Shown here: piece by piece, positions 14,770 to 27,939 of the stretch
Layout of the letters: each line of letters begins with the position of its first letter
How positions within the stretch are numbered: the first letter of the stretch is position 1
Assembly (NCBI GenBank): GCA_002269645.1
Contig: NIVC01000359.1
Coordinates: 310,001 to 374,000 of the forward strand
From: Macrostomum lignano
Lineage: Eukaryota
DNA: 64,000 nt
Direction: 5' to 3'
Notes under the pieces: model-generated
What the model was told of the DNA's origin: nothing
The model's input: only the letters and a program-made list of their open reading frames with translations
Databases searched by the model: none
Program-made: the position numbers and the translations under genes

Positions 14770-14814
14770 GTGAGTTCAGGTTTTTCTCCGGGTAATTTCT
14801 CCACCTGATCCTGA

Positions 14815-15125
14815 AGGCTTCCCAACCTAATTTTGAAGACTTCCCAACTTGATTTTGAAGACTTCCCAACTTGATTTTGAAGGCTTCCCAACTTGATTTT
14901 GAAGACTTCCCAACTTGATTTTGAAGACTTCCCAACTTGATTTTGAAGACTTCCCAACTTGATTTTGAAGACTTCCCAACTTGATTTTGAAGACTTCCCA
15001 ACTTGATTTTGAAGGCTCCCTACCTGATTTTGAATGCTTCCCAACCTAATTTTGAAGGCTTCACAGCCAAATTTTGAAGGCTTCCTTACCGGATTTTAAA
15101 GGCTTCCCAAACTGATTTTGAAGGA
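14815..15125. repeat. 22 bp minisatellite (GACTTCCCAACTTGATTTTGAA)
   Basis: About 14 copies, homogeneous in the centre and degenerate at the edges. Confidence 0.93.
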
Positions 15126-15643
15126 GGAAAAACTCGTAACTAATGTTTTCGAAATATTCAAAATAATTTTTCAGTACCACCGTTCATAAGTTTAGAACAA
15201 AACATTTCCTATTTTTTCTTAAATTACCAAAGTCTGTATTACACTACTTACTTGCAAGTAGTGTAATAGTTCCTTAAGGCAACAATATTAAAAGTAGTTT
15301 TATTCACATTTCGATGAAATCAGCCGTACGAAGCATAGCAATAGTGAAAATTGAGACAAATTTTATTCAAAGCATATAATCGTGACTTTAAGCAATTTAC
15401 AGAAGCAAATATTGTATTATAGGGTGTATCAGGCCCTTGTTATCTTGCTAAGTGTTTACCTTTAAAGACTTGTGTTTGCTTTAACTGAATTTTAATATCA
15501 AATATTATCTGTAACAGATAAAAAGTTTAGATAGGGACACAGATGCCCTGAGAGTTACAACACAAACTTTCCATGGCTCAAATCGAGTGTATTTCGACTG
15601 CTCATATAGGAAATGTCACCAATAATGTAGCGGTTCGGGCAGT

Positions 15644-15838
15644 CAGCCAGCCAGCCAGCCAGTCAGTCAGTCAGTCAGTCAGTCAGTCAGTCAGTCAGTC
15701 AGTCAGTCAGTCAGTCAGTCAGTCAGTCAGTCAGGGGCGCCAGCACCAGGGGCGCCAGCACCAGGGGCGCCAGCACCAGGGGCGCCAGCACCAGGGGCGC
15801 CAGCACCAGGGGCGCCAGCACCCGGGGCGCCTGGGGCA
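15644..15838. repeat. compound repeat: (CAGC/CAGT)n to ~15734, then 15 bp (GGGGCGCCAGCACCA) x ~6.5
   Basis: Direct reading. Confidence 0.93.
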
Positions 15839-16659
15839 TATTTCCCACTCCAGGTTGCAGCTATGATTCAGTATTAATTCGCCATGCCTTGAGCTCACTC
15901 CTACTAGTCCGGTCTTACTGAATCAGCGAGGTGTTGATCCGGGTCAATAAAAAAAACTCAATATCATTTTTTCTTTCCAATCTAAAGATTTTTTCGATAT
16001 TTGTCCCCAGAATTTCTATGGCAAATATAATTTTAAAAAGCATTCTATTGCATCTTATTAAAGGAAAATTCGCACCTGAGAATTTGAAGGCGTAAGGCTG
16101 GTTAAGTATTGTTGATCGACACAGGAAGCTCGTGTGATTGGCCACGTGCGCTTTGCCAGCCTTTCTGAATAAGGATATTATGACAGGGGATATCTATACG
16201 TGCTTTTGAGAGCGATGATGAATTGAGGGGATGCTGCAAATAACTTTTTTAAGGTCGCGTTATCTGCAGGCTCTGGGAATTTGCATAAATTTTCAGCGAG
16301 AAACAAAGACTTGTATTTAGAAGGCTACGCGCCGTGGCAGGTCAGCTCAAGCTCACGTGCGACAGCGCCAGATCAGTTTCATCCCAATTCTCGCTTGTGT
16401 TGACTTAAATGACTCAAACTAAATTGATGGCTGTATTCACTGTGAGAGCGTTTGTCTGCGGGGTCACTGGGGCTGTGCGGTGACAATTTATCACCTAGTA
16501 AGGCATAGAGGTGTAAATATATATGCTATGCATACGATAAATCCTGATGCGTTTTCAGTAGCTCGCTTAACTCTTCTCCTGCAGCTTCTCTTCTCCGCTT
16601 CTCTCTTATCCCATCCTCTTTTTTGACGCATTCCATTTTCTTTTGTTCCTAAACCCTAT

Positions 16660-16830
16660 CGTCCCATATCCAATCTTCCCATATCCCATCTTCCCATATC
16701 CCATCTTCCCATATCCCATCTTCCCATATCCCATCTTCCCATATCCCATCTTCCCATATCCCATCTTCCCATATCCCATCTTCCAGAATCCCCTCTTCCA
16801 ATACCCTATCTTCCAATATCTCATCTTCCA
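16660..16830. repeat. 15 bp minisatellite (ATATCCCATCTTCCC) with degenerate tail
   Basis: About 8 perfect copies; explains the FPYPI and GYGKM ORFs. Confidence 0.92.
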
Positions 16831-17571
16831 TTTCCCATATTTCCATATATAATCTTTCCATATCCAAACTTACAATATTCCATCTCCCAATATCCCATTT
16901 TCTCATACCCCATTCTCCGTTTCCTGTTTCCTATCTTAATTTCGATCATTTCCAGTTTCCCAATTCGCATTTTCTTATCCCCCATCCCCCCCCCCCTATT
17001 TTTTTCCTTCCACATCTCTCTAATCCCGCATAAGACAAACCTAGCCATATCGTTTATCTGCAATAAAAATCAGCAACTATAGCAGAAAATTACTGTATTA
17101 CTTAGGTGCAAATTAAGTGCTTAGATTGTATTTAATTTCCGACTCTTGCAAATAAACCTATCATAAGGTTATCGGTGTTTTAGAGTGGGCAGACAGACGG
17201 TCTGAGACGCCCAGTGCAAAAATTTGACTCCGCTGCCTTTTTGGTGGTTAGCAAAATTCTTTTGCCGATCTGTCTGCATGTCTGTCTGTCTGTATCTACA
17301 TTATGCTACCGAGACTCCCGGCTGGCGGTAAAGGGTAATTAACTGCGTTTTTGCGGGCTACGGCCTGCGCTTATGCTGGTACTGGAGTCTGGACTGAGAA
17401 GAGTCAAGTGAAACTGGCATTAGTGTTGTTTATAGCCGCAATAATACATTTGCAGCCTTATTTGTAGAAATTCAGACTAGTTGTTTACTGTTTATAGGCA
17501 TTTAAAAACATTGTCCTCTTTTTTGTTGGATTTTGGCAAAATAAACATTTCAAGATTCAATAAGTCGAGAA

Positions 17572-18375
17572 GACAAGATTTTAGCGCCACAGTCAAGATT
17601 TTAGCGCCACAGTCAAGATTTTAGCGCCACAAATAAGATTTTAGCGCTACAAACAAGATTTTAGCGCCACAAACAAGATTTGAGCGCCACAAATAAGATT
17701 TTAGCGCCACAAACAAGATTTTAGCGCCACAAACAAGATTTTAGCGTCACAAACAAGATTTAGCACTACAAACAAGATTTTAGCGCCACAAACAGATTTT
17801 AGCGCCACAAACAAGATTTTAGCGCCACAAACAAGATTTTAGCGCCGCAAACAAGATTTTAGCGTCACAAACAAGATTTAGCACTACAAACAAGATTTTA
17901 GCGCCACAAACAGATTTTAGCGCCACAAACAAGATTTTAGCGCCACAAACAAGATTTTAGCGCCGCAAACAAGATTTTAGCGCCGCAAACAAGATTTTAG
18001 CGTCACAAACAAGATTTAGCACTACAAACAAGATTTTAGCGCCACAAACAGATTTTAGCGCCACAAACAAGATTTTAGCGCCACAAACAAGATTTTAGCG
18101 CCGCAAACAAGATTTTAGCGTCACAAACAAGATTTAGCACTACAAACAAGATTTTAGCGCCACAAACAGATTTTAGCGCCACAAACAAGATTTTAGCGCC
18201 ACAAACAAGATTTTAGCGCCGCAAACAAGATTTTAGCGTCACAAACAAGATTTAGCACTACAAACAAGATTTTAGCGCCACAAACAAGATTTTAGCGCCA
18301 AAAACAAGATTTTAGCGCCACAAATAAGATTTTAGCGCCACAAACAAGATTTTAGCGCCACAGGCAAGATTTTGC
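17572..18375. repeat. 20 bp minisatellite (CAAGATTTTAGCGCCACAAA) with 118 bp higher-order period
   Basis: The variant GCGTCAC recurs at 17744, 17862, 18000, 18118 and 18236. Confidence 0.95.
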
Positions 18376-18535
18376 ACCACACGCTGTCCAGATTGTCATT
18401 CCCGGTGTCCTTGATTCTGGCGCGACCATAAAATTCAGTGTCTGCTTTTCCGACAGGGACCAATTTTTTCTTTCTATTTTCAAATGCGTTAAGCTTTGAT
18501 ATTGTAGTACTGTCGTAGGACTGCGTGTCTGTTAC

Positions 18536-18675
18536 CATAGTGATGATAAACCTACTATTAATATTATTACTACTGCTAGCATAATGCTATATATGGCTGT
18601 TAAGATTAATCTGTGCTTATTGTTGAAAATGGCACAAGAAAGGTAGGAGCTCTTCTGTCTCTGTTTCTCTCTCAT
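18536..18675 (-). other. candidate exon encoding a basic N-terminus plus one transmembrane helix (MREKQRQK...RLILTAIYSIMLAVVIILIVGLSSL)
   Basis: ttttatttccccag|ATG acceptor, a ~23-residue hydrophobic stretch, and a possible G|GTAACA donor at 18535. No family recognised. Confidence 0.3.
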
Positions 18676-19196
18676 CTGGGGAAATAAAATTTTGTTGCTT
18701 TCGCAATAAAACTTTGAGATTGGGGGGGGGGGCGGCGCGGGCCGGGAGCAGCCCGGCATAGAAACCGCAGATGCCAGGCAGCTCTCATCAATTTCAAGCC
18801 AAGTCAGTTGGAAGCTGCTCACAGACTGGATTCCGACTCTGTTTCTCTCTGTCTTCTGCGGAGTAGTTTGCATAAATTATTAGATTACCTTTGTCGTGAC
18901 ATTTCAATTCTTTTTGAAAAGTCAGAACTTGCTTCAGGTAGCAACACCGAACTGCAACTACCCGTTATACTTCTTTAGCAATTCATTAATATCTTACCTG
19001 TGTGCGATCACCCGAAATTACGGGGTGGAAACTATGACGTTTTTGACGGCAGTCTCGCAGCGTCTGGAGTGTCCCAGTGGCTCAGTTTTAATAACTGTTT
19101 ATTTGGCCTGTCGGGACAAGATTAATTTACTTCATATTATCATTTTGTCTTTTCATTTCTGACATTTCTTTCAACTTTTTCTTTATCGGGACGTTT

Positions 19197-19800
19197 ATGT
19201 GCTCTCATTCTATCTGCATGATTCTCATCCATCTTGAGCTGTGCTCTCATTCTATCTGCATGGTTCTCATCCATCTTGAGATGTGCTCTCATTCTATCTG
19301 TATGGTTCTCATCCATCTTGAGCTGTGCTCTCATTCTATCTGCATGATTCTCATCTACCTTGAGCTGTGCTCTCATTCTATCTGCATGGTTCTCATCCAT
19401 CTTGAGATGTGCTCTCATTCTATCTGTATGGTTCTCATCCATCTTGAGCTGTGCTCTCATTCTATCTGCATGGTTCTCATCCATCTTGAGATGTGCTCTC
19501 ATTCTATCTGCATGGTTCTCATCCATCTTGAGATGTGCTCTCATTCTATCTGTATGGTTCTCATCCATCTTGAGCTGTGCTCTCATTCTATCTGCATGGT
19601 TCTCATCTACCTTGAGCTGTGCTCTCATTCTATCTGCATGATTCTCATCCATCTTGAGCTGTGCTCTCATTCTATCTGCATGGTTCTCATCCATCTTGAG
19701 CTGTGCTCTCATTCTATCTGCATGGTTCTCATCTACCTTGAGCTGTGCTCTCATTCTATCTGCATAATTCTCATCTACCTTCAGCTATACTCTCATTCTC
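19197..19800. repeat. 42 bp minisatellite (TGTGCTCTCATTCTATCTGCATGGTTCTCATCCATCTTGAGC)
   Basis: About 14 copies; explains the 14-aa repeat ORFs on both strands. Confidence 0.95.
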
Positions 19801-20356
19801 ATATCCATAGAGTTCCGTATATTTGCTCCCATAGGTGCAAAGGTGACGCACAGCAATGCAGTCTGTGTAATTGAATCTTATTTATATGTCATTTCTTCAG
19901 TACGCATCTTCAATTGAATTCCCACGACTATTTGCGCTCCGCTGTCTAGTTTATACCTCAGCTATATGGAAAGTCAGCACCTGTCCACCGGTGCCTGCTG
20001 TTATGTTTTGATTGGGGGAGGCGGTGTAAATATGGCTGGCTTGCATTGCACGACCTCCCAGTGTCGCCCTGCTTTAGTTCCTTCCGATCTGAATTGCATT
20101 TTGGCCTTGTCGATTTTTTTCAACCGCCCTTACCCTTTATGCGGGCCGCCGTCTATTGTGTCCGTGTAATTTCACTCTCTCCCACTTTATCTTTTCCCAC
20201 TTCCTCTTCCCCCCAATGCCGGTTTCTCCGCTTTCAACCATGCGACCCATTGCTCCGTCTATTCAATTGGAAAGGAATCTCCTCTCTCTCTCTCTTTCTC
20301 TCTCGTTCGCTTGTCATTCCCAACACATCTCTACCCCAGCGGGCTTTTTGACGTGC

Positions 20357-20387
<31 letters not shown>

Positions 20388-20904
20388 GAATCGTCTTTCT
20401 TATAGTATACATGTATAGGGCCTACTGAGTTACGTCATCAGCTGTGTAAGGCCTGGGCTATAAGGTCTAGGCAAGCGTGTCCGATCTTGGCGGTGGCCCC
20501 CGTGCGCCAATTGAGCTGCCCCATATATATATACTGTTTCTAAGTGAGACTTTTTGCTAGCTATACAGATCGACAGGGTTGTGCAAGCCCTATGGGCCTG
20601 TCGACTTGTTCGTGCCTCCTTGTCAGTCTGGCTTAGCTTGGAGGGTTGTATAAATGCTTGCAATATATCTGTATATAAACTTGTCATTTGTATCCTTGCT
20701 GTTGGGTCTACCGCCTATGCGTAATAACAATTTTATGCATTGGACTAGTGGCCTTGGTGGACAATTGAAGCTGTGCAATTGAAACTGACGCCCAGCGGAT
20801 GCTTGTTGTTATGGCAACTGTCCGTTTTTGGCTTGGATAGCTATCGAAGGGGAATGATGGAGAAAGGTAAACAAAGATCTGGCTAGTGATAGCTGTGCTG
20901 TGCA

Positions 20905-21190
20905 GTCTGTGTCGGTCTTTGTGAATATCTGTGTTGGTCTCTGTGTCGGTCTCTGTGACCGTCTGTGTTGGTCTCTGTGTCGATCATTGTGACCGTCTGT
21001 ATTGGTCACTGTGTCGGTCATTGTGACCGTCTGTGTTAATCACTGTGTCGGTCATTGTGACCGTCTGTGTTAATCACTGTGTGGGTTTTTGTGACCATCT
21101 GTGTTGGTCACGGTTATGTCTTTGTGACCGTCTGTGTTGGTCTCTGTGTGGGTGTTTGTGACCGTCTGTGTTGGTAACTGGCCGTCTGTG
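20905..21190. repeat. 34 bp degenerate minisatellite (GTGACCGTCTGTGTTGGTCTCTGTGTCGGTCATT)
   Basis: GTGACC recurs at 20955, 20989 and 21023. Confidence 0.85.
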
Positions 21191-22051
21191 TCCCTCTTTG
21201 TGTCCTTGTGTATCTGTCTTTGTGTCCGTCTGTGTCTGTTAATAGTGTCCGTCTAAAATAACAAAGACCAAAAGCTACCCGAAAAGCTGAAACTGATCGC
21301 AGTTTCAACGAAAATGCAACCAAATTCTTTGAGATAAAAATCCGGAACCATTTCTCTGTCAACCAAAGTTTTGCTGAATATTGAGCATTCCCATCCCTTT
21401 AGCCCTATTGTTTGTTGGCGGTGTCATTATCCTGCCTTATAATTAACTGGAGGTGATGAAAGTGTACCATTGTTAGGTTATGCTTAGCTACCAAGCTAAC
21501 ACTCATTTTGCACTCGGTTTTCAAACAATGAATAAGCTGTTTTATTTAAAGGCATTCCTGCCGCGCCCCCAAGCAGTTTACAATGCAACTGGGGAGTGAG
21601 TGAGTGCATGCGTTAAATGCACTCAATTGAATGGAATTGCGGCTTCTATGAATAGTCTGATTTAAATGATTCCGAGCGGCTTCTGATTGGTCCCGGCCGC
21701 CTATTGGCCCGGATCAGAGCAGAGCTTGAATGCACAAGTTTGCCTATCTTAGACATGAATGCCCAAGTGCCACCCCAGCTCTCTCCTAACTTTTAGTCTT
21801 ATTTATATATTAGGCTTTCAAGTCTGTATTGCAGCTGTGAACACAGAAGTTACTAAATTTAGTTCGTTTGATCTTTGCCGATTAAATCGAACAAACCCCA
21901 CCCCCCTAATTGGATTCCGAAATAATAAAGAAATCGAGGCTGAATTTCGCTGAATCCCCAGACATGGGATAGATTGATTGATTTCTCCCCGAATTATCTT
22001 TGTTGTCTGCGTGTTTGAGCACACCGTGACTGTGCGCAGCTGGCGGCGGTC

Positions 22052-22250
22052 ATGCTCAACAGTACTACAGCTCAGCCGCTAGGCCAGCACGCCAGGCTAA
22101 AGTGCACCCGCTTTGATCTTGCCGCCCAAGCAACTGGCAACGGTAGGCGGCGGCCCAGCGTGCACTGGGTGGTCTCAGCGCCTCCCACGGACCTTCAGGA
22201 CGATTTTAATAGTTCAAGCTGTTCGTCACCTTCGTCTGATTATGACTCCG
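22052..22250 (+). CDS. probable alternative first coding exon of the RasGAP gene (MLNSTTAQ...SSPSSDYDS)
   Basis: The ATG-initiated frame ends at G|GTGAGC (22251) in phase 1, matching the phase-1 acceptor at 40402. Two ATTGG (reverse CCAAT) boxes lie upstream at 21686 and 21703. Confidence 0.45.
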
Positions 22251-22319
22251 GTGAGCTGCGGATGCTGGCTGGCATTGGGCGCCCCATCTGCCTCCTTCAT
22301 TTTCTGCCTGTATCTCCCT

Positions 22320-24680
22320 GACTCTGACTCTCCCCTCTTACTCTGACTCTCCCCTCCTGTCACTCTGACTCTCCCCTCCTGTCACTCTGACTCTCCCCTC
22401 CTGTCACTCTGACTCTCCCCTCCTGTCACTCTGACTCTCCCCTCCTGTCACTCTGACTCTCCCCTCTTACTCTGACTCTCCCCTCCTGTCACTCTGACTC
22501 TCCCCTCCTGTCACTCTGACTCTGCCCTCCTTTCCCTCTGACTCTCCCATACTGTCACTCTGACTCTCCCCTCCTGTCACTCTGACTCTCCCCTCCTGTC
22601 ACTCTGACTCTCCCCTCCTGTCACTCTGACTCTCCCCTCCTGTCACTCTGACTCTCCCCTCCTCTCACTCTGACTCTCCCCTCCTGTCACTCTGACTCTG
22701 CCCTCCTGTCACTCTGACTCTCCCCTCCTGTCACTCTGACTCTCCCCTCCTGTCACTCTGACTCTCCCCTCCTGTCACTCTGACTCTCCCCTCCTGTCAC
22801 TCTGACTCTGCCCTCCTGTCACTCTGACTCTCCCATCCTGTCACTCTGACTCTCCCCTCCTGTCACTCTGACTCTCCCTCCTGTCACTCTGACTCTGCCC
22901 TCCTTTCCCTCTGACTCTCCCATCCTGTCACTCTGACTCTCCCCTCCTTTCCCTCTGACTCTCCCATCCTGTCACTCTGACTCTCCCATCCTGTCACTCT
23001 GACTCTCCCATCCTGTCACTCTGACTCTCCCCTCCTGTCACTCTGACTCTCCCCTCCTGTCACTTTGACTATCCCCTCCTGTCACCCTGACTCTCCCCTC
23101 CTGTCACCCTGACTCTCCCCTCCTGTCACCCTCACTCTCCCCTCCTGTCACCCTGACTCTCCCCTCCTCTCACTCTGACTCTCCCCTCCTGTCACTCTGA
23201 ATCTCCCATCCTGTCACTCTGACTCTCCCCTCTTGTCACTCTGACTCTGCCCTCCTCTCCCTCTGACTCTCCCCTTCTGTCACTCTGACTCTCCACTCCT
23301 GTCTCTCCCCTCCTGTCTCCTGTCCTGTCTCTCCCCTCTCGCTCTGACTCTCCACTCCTGTCACTCTGACTCTCCCTCCTGTCACTTTGACTATCCCCTC
23401 CTCTCCCTCTGACTCTCCCCTCCTCTCACTCTGACTCTGCCCTCCTCTCATTCTGACTCTCCCCTCCTGTCACTCTGACTCTCCCCATCCTGTCACTCTG
23501 ACTCTCCCCTCCTCTCATTCTGACTCTCCCCTCCTGTCACTCTGACTCTCCCTCCTGTCACTTTGACTATCCCCTCCTCTCCCTCCGACTCTCCCCTCCT
23601 ATCACTCTGACTCTCCCCATCCTGTCACTCTGACTCTCCCCTCCTGTCACTCTGACTCTCCCCTCCTGTCACTTTGACTATCCCCTCCTGTCACCCTGAC
23701 TCTCCCCTCCTGTCACCCTGACTCTCCCCTCCTGTCACCCTCACTCTCCCCTCCTGTCACCCTGACTCTCCCCTCCTCTCACTCTGACTCTCCCCTCCTG
23801 TCACTCTGACTCTCCCCTCTTGTCACCTGACTCTGCCCTCCTCTCCCTCTGACTCTCCCCTTCTGTCACTCTGACTCTCCACTCCTGTCTCTCCCCTCCT
23901 GTCTCCTGTCCTGTCTCTCCCCTCTCGCTCTGACTCTCCACTCCTGTCACTCTGACTCTCCCTCCTGTCACTTTGACTATCCCCTCCTCTCCCTCTGACT
24001 CTCCCCTCCTCTCACTCTGACTCTGCCCTCCTCTCATTCTGACTCTCCCCTCCTGTCACTCTGACTCTCCCCATCCTGTCACTCTGACTCTCCCCTCCTC
24101 TCATTCTGACTCTCCCCTCCTGTCACTCTGACTCTCCCTCCTGTCACTTTGACTATCCCCTCCTCTCCCTCCGACTCTCCCCTCCTATCACTCTGACTCT
24201 CCCCATCCTGTCACTCTGACTCTCCCCTCCTCTCATTCTGACTCTCCCCTCCTGTCACTCTGACTCTCCACTCCTGTCTCTCCCCTCCTGTCTCCTGTCC
24301 TGTCTCTCCCCTGTCACTCTGACTCTCCCCTCCTGTCACTCTGACTCTCCCTCCTGTAACTTTGACTATCCCCTCCTCTCATTCTGACTCTCCCCTCCTG
24401 TCACTCTGACTCTCCCTCCTGTCACTTTGACTATCCCCTCCTCTCCCTCCGACTCTCCCCTCCATCACTCTGACTCTCCCCATCCTGTCACTCTGACTCT
24501 CCCCTCCTCTCATTCTGACTCTCCCCTCCCGTCACTCTGACTCTCCACTCCTGTCTCTCCCCTCCTGTCTCCTGTCCTGTCTCTCCCCTGTCACTCTGAC
24601 TCTCCCCTCCTGTCACTCTGACTCTCCCTCCTGTAACTTTGACTATCCCCTCCTCTCCCTCTGACTCTCCCTCACTCACC
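22320..24680. repeat. 22 bp minisatellite (CTCTGACTCTCCCCTCCTGTCA), ~2.4 kb, with internal block duplications
   Basis: About 100 units; variant blocks recur about 586 bp apart (near-identical ORFs starting at 23451 and 24037). Confidence 0.96.
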
Positions 24681-25589
24681 CTGTCCCTCTTTTCCCCACT
24701 GTCTGCGCTTGCAAGACTTCTTGTAGTTGTTTGCAAACAAATCGATCTGTAGATCTTTGCTCTGCTTTCGCGTCATGCACACCTTGATCTGGCAACAAAA
24801 ATGGTTGCAAATTCTTCAAGCTCAAACAAGCACGCCTAGGTGTCGAAAACTCTGGCGCAGAGTGGCTGGACGGGGAATAAGGCGCGAAAGCAGGGCAAAA
24901 GCAAATAGAAGCGATGCACGCAAAGACGCAGAATCGATGACGTAATGCCTTTAGATCCCAGTTTTCTAAACCCCGTCCTTCAAAGTGTCATTCTCTTCCT
25001 CATTCTTATTTCTGCCGCGGCTTTCAGTCGCTCCACTTTCGCCCTGCTTAAAAGTAATTTAAAGTAGAAGAGTCTCAGCCGAGGCTAAAGCCATTCCAGC
25101 CAGCAATCAATGAATGCTTTAAGAGCCTGCCCTGGAAAGCAATGCGGAAATTGCTTTATATCGGCTTATACAGTCACGCTTTCCGCACCCGTCACCCGAC
25201 TGGCATGCGAATAATTTCTGCCTGTCTGTCTGTCATTTTTGACAACGCAACACTACTATGGATAATCCTGCACCGCTTCCTGTTGTAAATGACTTGCGTG
25301 TCTGTTGGCATTTTTTGTAGAGAACTATTCGGGAAAAAAACTGAGTTGAAGCAATGTCTAAGCTTTTTCCTTGTTACTAGAGCGACTTTCCATTTGTTCA
25401 AATGGAAAATTGGCGGAGGGGTGGCGGTTGCACTACTTCAATCAGAATATTGTTTTTTACCATTATGTCAGTATGCTAATGATGAAGTGCTCTCTGTATA
25501 GTAAGGGTTTAAAAGCCATTTTACAGGGTCCAATATATTTTTTAAGAGTCTGAAAGATGTTTTAAGTTTCTGATATGTACTTTACAGAG

Positions 25590-26075
25590 TAATAAATATT
25601 TTATAGAGTCTGACAGGCATTTTAAAGGATTTGATGGGTATTTTACATGGTCTGACAGGTGTTTTACAGGGTTTAACAGACATTTTAAGAGTCTGCCAGG
25701 TATTTTTCAGGGTCTGACAGGTATTTTGCAGGTTTCACATGTATTTTACAGATTTTACAGGTATTTAACAGGGTGTGACACATTTTATAGATGCTGACAG
25801 GTATCTAACAGGATGTGACACATTTTATAGATGCTGACAGGTATTTTACAGTGTCTGACAGATATTTTACAGAGGCTGACAGGTTTTTTACAGAGGCTGA
25901 CAGGTATTTTACAGAGGCTGACAGGTATTTAACAGGGTTTGACAGGTATTTTACAGAGGCTGACAGGTATTTCAAAGGGTCTGACAAGGTATTTAACGGG
26001 GTCTGACAGATATTTTACCGGGTCTGACAGGTATTTAACAGGGTCTGACAGGTATTTCGTGTCTGACAGACCATT
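25590..26075. repeat. 21 bp minisatellite (CTGACAGGTATTTTACAGAGG)
   Basis: About 23 copies with degenerate edges. Confidence 0.9.
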
Positions 26076-27939
26076 TACTTATAGGATCTAACAAGCAGCT
26101 GTAAGGGTGGCATCGATTTTTTGTAAAATTCGTATGGAAGTCAGTTAAAAAAGTTTCGCTTTAAGCATGGTAGTTTTTGCTTTTTGTATTAGATAAGAAA
26201 ATCTCTTATCTTTCATCTTTTCCTCATTCGCATCTGTCCTCACAGAGAACCCGCCCGTTAATTCAAAGTGGAGCAAAAGGGGGCGGGCAGCCGGCGTGAG
26301 TGTTGAGCAAAAAACTTCTTGTCGCTAAGGGTCCACTTTTTTCTCTTTCTCTGGCTTTCTTTGAAGCTATAATTGAGCAATATTCTCTTCTAGAGAGCGG
26401 TTCTTCGAAAAAGGATGCTGCAATGCCCTGTTCTGTTCCGCCTTCATCAACTTGGACTTGGGATGGGTTGGGCCGAAGCGATCGGAAAGGAGCTCAACTT
26501 TTTTTGGCCGCTGTCCAAAGCCAAGGGGCCAAGAGCTGAATGTTGAATTTATGATGGCGAGAGCGATTCCCCCCTCGGCACTGCTACTTTGCATAACAAT
26601 ATCCTTGACCAGCCAGCCCCCTGCTGGCTTTGAGGCTCTGGTGAAAAATAATTCTTTAAATTACTCCCCAAGGATCGACTGTTGCGAGCGAGGGACAGCG
26701 GTTTGATGGGGGGGGGGGGAATAGAGCGGTCGCTGGACGTTAATGAAAGAAATAGAGATGACGGATGTTGGCCCACCTCTGTTCTGATCAGTTTAGGATG
26801 AGACAGATGGGAGGCTGACGGCATGGCTGTGGGCACCCGGCCAAGCCTCTTGTTTGATACAACCTGGGCTATTGAACTCTAGCTAACATCTCTCTCTCTC
26901 TCCAAAAAATATCATCGCAGAATGCCTTCCGTTAGGATTCTCAATGCGCACGGGCGGGTCATTGAGCCAAAACAAGGGTCGGCCTGAGTATTACGTAACA
27001 TGTGGATATATACACACACACCCCTACAACTCAAAACGTCCCACTCCACCTAGAATCCAAAGCAGCGGTGCTGGCCATTTCCTTTGTCGGATGGTGGAGG
27101 AGGCGTCATCGCATACGCCAGCTTCCTTCTCTCCCTATATCTCTCTCCTCTCTCTCCCTGCCTCGCGCTCTCCTATCCTGCATTCACTGCTTTGGCCTTA
27201 TCTTGATATATCCTTCCCTATATGGGATAAGGCTGTAGCCTGACTAACGCTATCCTGGTCTCCCAACCCCATTCTACCAGCTACCTGCGCCGTGTTTCTG
27301 TAGCTCTTTACCCTACTGCTACAGTTGCCAATAGGTTTTTTGTTGGTAACTGAAGAGAGAATGGGGCCGGGCTGGCTACCTTAGGTTAAGTTTCTCTCCA
27401 AGCAGGTGGAGAAGGTGGGATAAAGGGGAAGATTATCCCCGAGCGGTCTGTGTTGAACCTGTCAGCGCTCTGCCTATCTGGCTTGTGTTTTTTAAAGCTG
27501 TATATAGATCTGCGACTACTACCAGGTAATACCAATACCGACTACCCTCGCCCCCCCATACCCCGTGTTTCATGCGGTATTCCGTCTGCAGGGGAGATTC
27601 TTGCCAACCCGAAGCTCGAATCTTTGCTGGCGAAGAAGCGCTGCTAGAATCCTCTTTATATAGCAAAAATGATGGCTAAAGGCCCGTCAGGGGGCGCCGG
27701 GGGCTCTGCCGCTCGCATCTTCGAACTAATAAATCAAAATGTTGCGAGGCGATGCCAACCCACTGGCTGGCCCCGGCCTTAGCTGTAATTAATTAGCCTG
27801 GGCATTGGGCTTGCCTTCTCCTGTGGCTTTGCTCTGCGGCTTCTTGTTACCCAATATATATACCCAGTATCTCACTCTGCATCTTGTCTGTTTTTCTGTC
27901 CTGTTCTCTTGTGTTCGTTCTCTTACTGCCGGGGTAATC

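Noticed and set aside
19140-19874. 14-aa repeat ORFs on both strands
   Set aside because: They arise from a 42-bp minisatellite; being open on both strands argues for artefact.
26300-27666. Cluster of short ORFs in moderately GC-rich DNA
   Set aside because: Overlapping frames on both strands, no splice-consistent model and no recognised motif; more likely regulatory or intronic.
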